Shown: positions 60,136-64,000 of the stretch, piece after piece
Layout of the letters: each line of letters starts with the position of its first letter
Numbering within the stretch: position 1 is the stretch's first letter
From: Felis catus
Lineage: Eukaryota
Reading direction: 5' to 3'
NCBI RefSeq assembly: GCF_018350175.1
Contig: NC_058383.1
Span: forward strand, 16,804,001-16,868,000
DNA length: 64,000 nt
Program-made: the position numbers and the translations under genes
Notes under the pieces: generated by a model
Databases searched by the model: none
What the model was told of the DNA's origin: nothing
What the model saw: the letters and a program-made list of their open reading frames with translations, nothing else

Positions 60136-60670
60136 AGAAGTATTAGTTCTAGGAGTATAGAATGTCATGCATTCTTAATAAGTGAAAAAGTAGCTTGGAA
60201 TATAGATTGATGCCATCTAATTTAGATGAAAGTATACGGATATATAGAGTGATAGTTTTCAAATTTTCTAAAATATTTTGTTGTTAATATAATCAAATGA
60301 GCCCATAAATGTGGTTTGTTTTGATATACTGTTTTATCTAAGCCAGATATATAGAGCTGTGACATAGGCCGGTTCTTCCTAATACCTTCCCACCCCATAC
60401 TTTGTGCATCTTGGGAGGTAGCCACCTTGTCTCTATTTTCTTTCCTGGAACCCAGTGCCTGACTCAACTGCTCAATGATTATTTCTCGAAATAATGCAGT
60501 TGGAAAGAGGCTTATTTTTTCATATATTTCCTATAAGGCACTCCCAAAACACTGAATTCTACAGAATCATTTCTGATCTACCTGGAATCCTGTGAAGATG
60601 TCTAAGTTTGAATGTGACTTTCTTTGCTGACAGATTAAGAAGGCATGCAGTATTCCTTCAATATCTCCTG

Positions 60671-60689
60671 TGGTCACCAGAGGGCAGTG
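60671..60689 (+). promoter_or_regulatory. Candidate CTCF site
   Basis: tggtcaccagagggcagtg matches the CTCF core (TGGCCASYAGRKGGCRS) in non-repeat DNA. Confidence 0.45.
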
Positions 60690-60859
60690 TGTGGCTGCCC
60701 ATGACAAGGACATGGCTTCACGTCAACTGAAGATCCAAGTTAATTTCCTTCAGGACTTGGTTTACCATCTTAGCCAATTGCTCTGAAGATTATTTATTCG
60801 TTTTTATGCTTCAGTTTCTTTGGGACCTATTGAAAATTCTCTACAACTAAGGTAATACA

Positions 60860-61110
60860 CAGATTAAAAATGTCTCTTCTTACACATGCAGATACATAAA
60901 ATTATGAATGACTGAATGAAGGTTGGATGTTCATCTAACATAATACAGAAAATGAATCCAAAATAGATCAAGGACCTAAATTTAAGAGCTAAAACTATAA
61001 AACCCATAGAAGGAAGCATAAGAACAGGTCTTCCTGACCTTAGATTTGGCATCTGTTTCTTAAGGATTATACCAAAATTAACAAGAGGAAAAACAGATAC
61101 ATGAATAAAT
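60860..61110 (+). mobile_element. Ancient L1M ORF2 fragment
   Basis: aaaatagatcaaggacctaaatttaagagctaaaactataaaac...gaccttagatttggca. Confidence 0.7.
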
Positions 61111-61129
61111 AAATGGTCACCAATATGAT

Positions 61130-61340
61130 TGCCTTTCTACTTGGCTTTTCATGTGCTCCAGGCAAGAATTGTTTAAGTCATTTCTTGAGTAATTCTTCCA
61201 ACAACCCACTTAGAAACACCAGTTCTTTCTCCATTTCAGATATGGAGTCATTGAGGCTCATAGCCCTGCCTGGGGTCACTCAGCTACAAAGAAGCTGAAC
61301 AGGGACAAAGAGATAGCCTTTGAACTCTGTGCTCCACCCA
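61130..61340 (-). mobile_element. MIR
   Basis: ctccatttcagatatggagtcattgaggctca...ggtcactcagct (MIR core, reverse). Confidence 0.6.
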
Positions 61341-61604
61341 CGCTTTCTCCCAGGAACCCAGGAGTCTGAAAGCCCTCCATAATCAATCCCCCAGGCCTGA
61401 AGACTTCACTGAACTCAGGAAGCAGTGTTGCCCATTATGACTGGGGCTTGACTTATTTACCAGGAATGGCAGCCGGCCTTTGAGCAGGAGGAGGCTTCTC
61501 CTTGGGCGCCAGAATCAAACGTTCATGTAACTTGAGAGCTGAGAATTCCCTTCTGAAACATCTGGATGCAGCCTTCTTGACAGGTGAGCCCCACAAGGGT
61601 GACA

Positions 61605-61790
61605 AGCACTGGATTCAAACCCTGCCTCTATCTGTGGGGCATGGAACTGGGTAGTTTCTTACAACATCAGTTCCCTCATTAGTCAAACAGAGCCAGCATT
61701 TCTACCTTCCTCATGGAATTGTTATGGGGATTCAGTGACATGGTTCATGTCTCAAAAAGACACTTAGTAATTCTTAGCTGTATCTTTTCA
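61605..61790 (+). mobile_element. MIR
   Basis: ctggattcaaaccctgcctct...cagttccctcat...ctaccttcctcatggaattgttatggggattcagtga. Confidence 0.6.
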
Positions 61791-63209
61791 TGCTACTCCA
61801 CTATGGGCCCACTACTGCCATGGACTCTGGGCCTCTGCATACTCTGTCCCTTCTGCCTGGCAAGCCCTGTTTCCCCTGACTCAACTGTCCCTCAAAAAAT
61901 CCTCTTATCACCTCCAGTGTGGGTGTGAGGTCCCTCAGTTGGGCTCCCACATCACTGCTGCTCACCCATCAGACACAGGCCAGCCCTGAGACTGTACATC
62001 ACTCACAGCTCAGGTCTGTGGATATGGACAGATCTGGGTGTTGAGTCCTGCACTCTAGAGCTCCCTGAATTGTTAGCTGCTCCTTGGTCCAAATGTTGGG
62101 GCACCCAGTGAAGGCATCCAAAGCATCCAAAATGAGCTGCCCTCAGCTCCGTGGCACCTTCTTTCCCCTCCCCCTCTGTGCAATCAGTGATTGGACTGAT
62201 TGTGCAATCAGTATTTTGGACTCCCCTGGCTGCCAGGATCTCTGTGCTTGATATTGAAAATATTTTCTAGAGGCGAATTTGGTTTTTAATGGGAACATCA
62301 GTAGGATAAAGCCTGGCCACTTCCTACAAGCCAACACAAAGCCTGTGTCCCTGACCAATACAGCAGCACCCCATCCCATGGCATCCCTTCTCCTAGTCTT
62401 CATGGATCTCCTCTCTCACCTACTCCCCATTCAATGGTGTTTCTCTCCTTTTTCAGGAAGAGCCCCAAGTTTCTTCCCTCTGAGGATCTATCTTTTTCTG
62501 CCTGGGGAACCCATTTCACAGCAGAGAAGACATAGGTTGTTGAGCATGGCCTCTCTTACATCTTCAGATCAAGTGGACTTTCCCTGACCTGACTTTGTGG
62601 GAGAAAAATGGGAAGCACAGCCTCTTCTGTCACAAAAACTGAACTTGAGAGGTACCAAGGTATGGGCTGGAAGGTGCAGGGAATCACTGCTAGAGGAGCC
62701 TGAGGGGTATGGAGGGGCTATACCCAGTTCCAAAGCCCCTGGATGAGGCTTTATCTATCCTGCAGCTTTCATGAGCATCTAATGTGCTTTGTAAAGGTTT
62801 TCCTTGCTTATAGAAATTCAAGTGGTTCTTGCTGTTACCAATAAAACTACATCTGGATGAACACATTCAGGTTATGTTCTATAACTCATTGACCTGACCT
62901 GTGCCTACAGGTTCTTTCCTGAGAGTAAGGAGCCCAGCCATGGTGGAGGGCCAGCAAGCAGACAGCAGTGGCCCATCCTACATCCTCCACTGGTCTGGAA
63001 GCAGAGCCTGGATGCTCTACTTAGAAGCTGAGTTATAGAACAGCAGGGGCTGAAGTGGCTGGGTGCATCACAGAATGGGGCCTATATGAGGTGTGTTCCA
63101 GGATATGGGGCAGGGATGCTGTGGGAGAGGTCACATGAGGGGGATATGGGCTCTTCCCTGCTCCTTCCCATTTTATATATCTGTATAAAAAACACAAAAA
63201 TTACAAAAA

Positions 63210-64000
63210 TGCAGTGACAGGGAAGGGGAAGACATCCTTTGGTGTTGCAGCCAATATGAGCCACTGCAGGAACTGAGGTTGGTTGCTCAGCTGTAGCCGG
63301 TGGTTGCTTGAGCCTTTCAGTGACCTCAATACCTGGGGCTAGAACCTGCTCATGCTCCAGGTCTTCCAAAGATGCAGGTGGCTCTTCCAGCTCTTGACAG
63401 TGAATCAGAGCTGTGAGTACCATCTGCACTGGCTCTGATACTGCAGGTATGGTTGCTGCCTTTTCTAATTGCTAAGCTCCAGCAGGAGTGATGGCTTTTG
63501 CCAGCTTGGGCTCAAAAACTGTAACAATGGGCACCACAGTGGGAGCTGGGGCTAGCTGTTGAGGGAATTCTAGATCTTGCTCTGGAGCTGGTGCTATAGC
63601 TTCAAGAAGAGAAAGTATCATCACCATTATTGACTTTCCATGTCCCTTCCAAATAAGGGAAACCTCTCCCACAAGTCAGTGTCATCTGAGTCCAAGAACT
63701 CACCCCCAGGAGGTCTCCCCAGATGTGAGGTCATGGGGACAGTGATCTGAGACTACTCACTGCTCCCAGCCCAACCGCGGTCTCAGGAAACTTGCTCAGA
63801 AGACTTGCTCTGTCCCCTCCACATGCTCACATCACCTACCCTGAGTTCTCCTCACCCTCAGACTCTGGCTTATTGGGCTCAATGTGTTCTAGCCGTGAGA
63901 GGAGAAGCTGGGCATGGTGCTCCAGGTCTGAGCCTGACATGTTGAGTCCCACAAATTCCAGCAGCATCTTCAGGCATGGAAATTCAGAGGGCTGGAAAAA
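63210..64000 (-). pseudogene. Ral guanine nucleotide dissociation stimulator (RALGDS)-like gene fragment, two exons, running off the right edge
   Basis: Exon 64000-63856 reads FFQPSEFPCLKMLLEFVGLNMSGSDLEHHAQLLLSRLEHIEPNKPESE, matching recalled RALGDS REM-domain sequence QPPDFPCLKQLVAYVQLNMPGSDLERRAHLLLAQLEH. A phase-1 intron GTGAGG...TTGAAG spans 63855-63600. The Pro/Ala/Glu-rich exon from 63599 (AIAPAPEQDLE...) has an in-frame TAG at 63474-63472. Confidence 0.85.

Noticed and set aside
60646..60656. tgcagtattcc as the CTCF upstream motif
   Set aside because: It is 14 bp from the core, not the usual 5-6 bp spacing.
62651..62665. Minus-strand PYLGT matching RasGEF VPYLGTFL
   Set aside because: Only five residues, with non-matching flanks and a stop shortly after, so probably chance.

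Overview
Mammalian genomic DNA, almost certainly from a felid: it carries many CanSINE/SINEC_Fc-type SINEs and carnivore L1 families. Summing my intervals, roughly 60% of the window is LINE-1. There are four full-length but mutated L1s (+1939-10110, -10248-18521, +22437-28594, -34799-40750) and many 5'-truncated, nested or inverted fragments. Older repeats include an ERVL internal remnant, MLT1, L2 and MIR. No intact host protein-coding gene is visible. The only host-gene homology is an intron-containing RALGDS-like pseudogene fragment at the right edge (minus strand), which appears to stop before the RasGEF catalytic domain. The main unexplained structure is an ancient, degenerate tandem array (about 0.9 kb period, with about 0.35 kb sub-repeats) spanning 18.5-33.1 kb and split by one L1. 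Other notable observations are apparent gene-conversion tracts between inverted L1 copies, an L1 with a stacked 5'UTR, and short candidate 5'/3' transductions. All family assignments come from recalled consensus features and by-eye alignment, not database searches.
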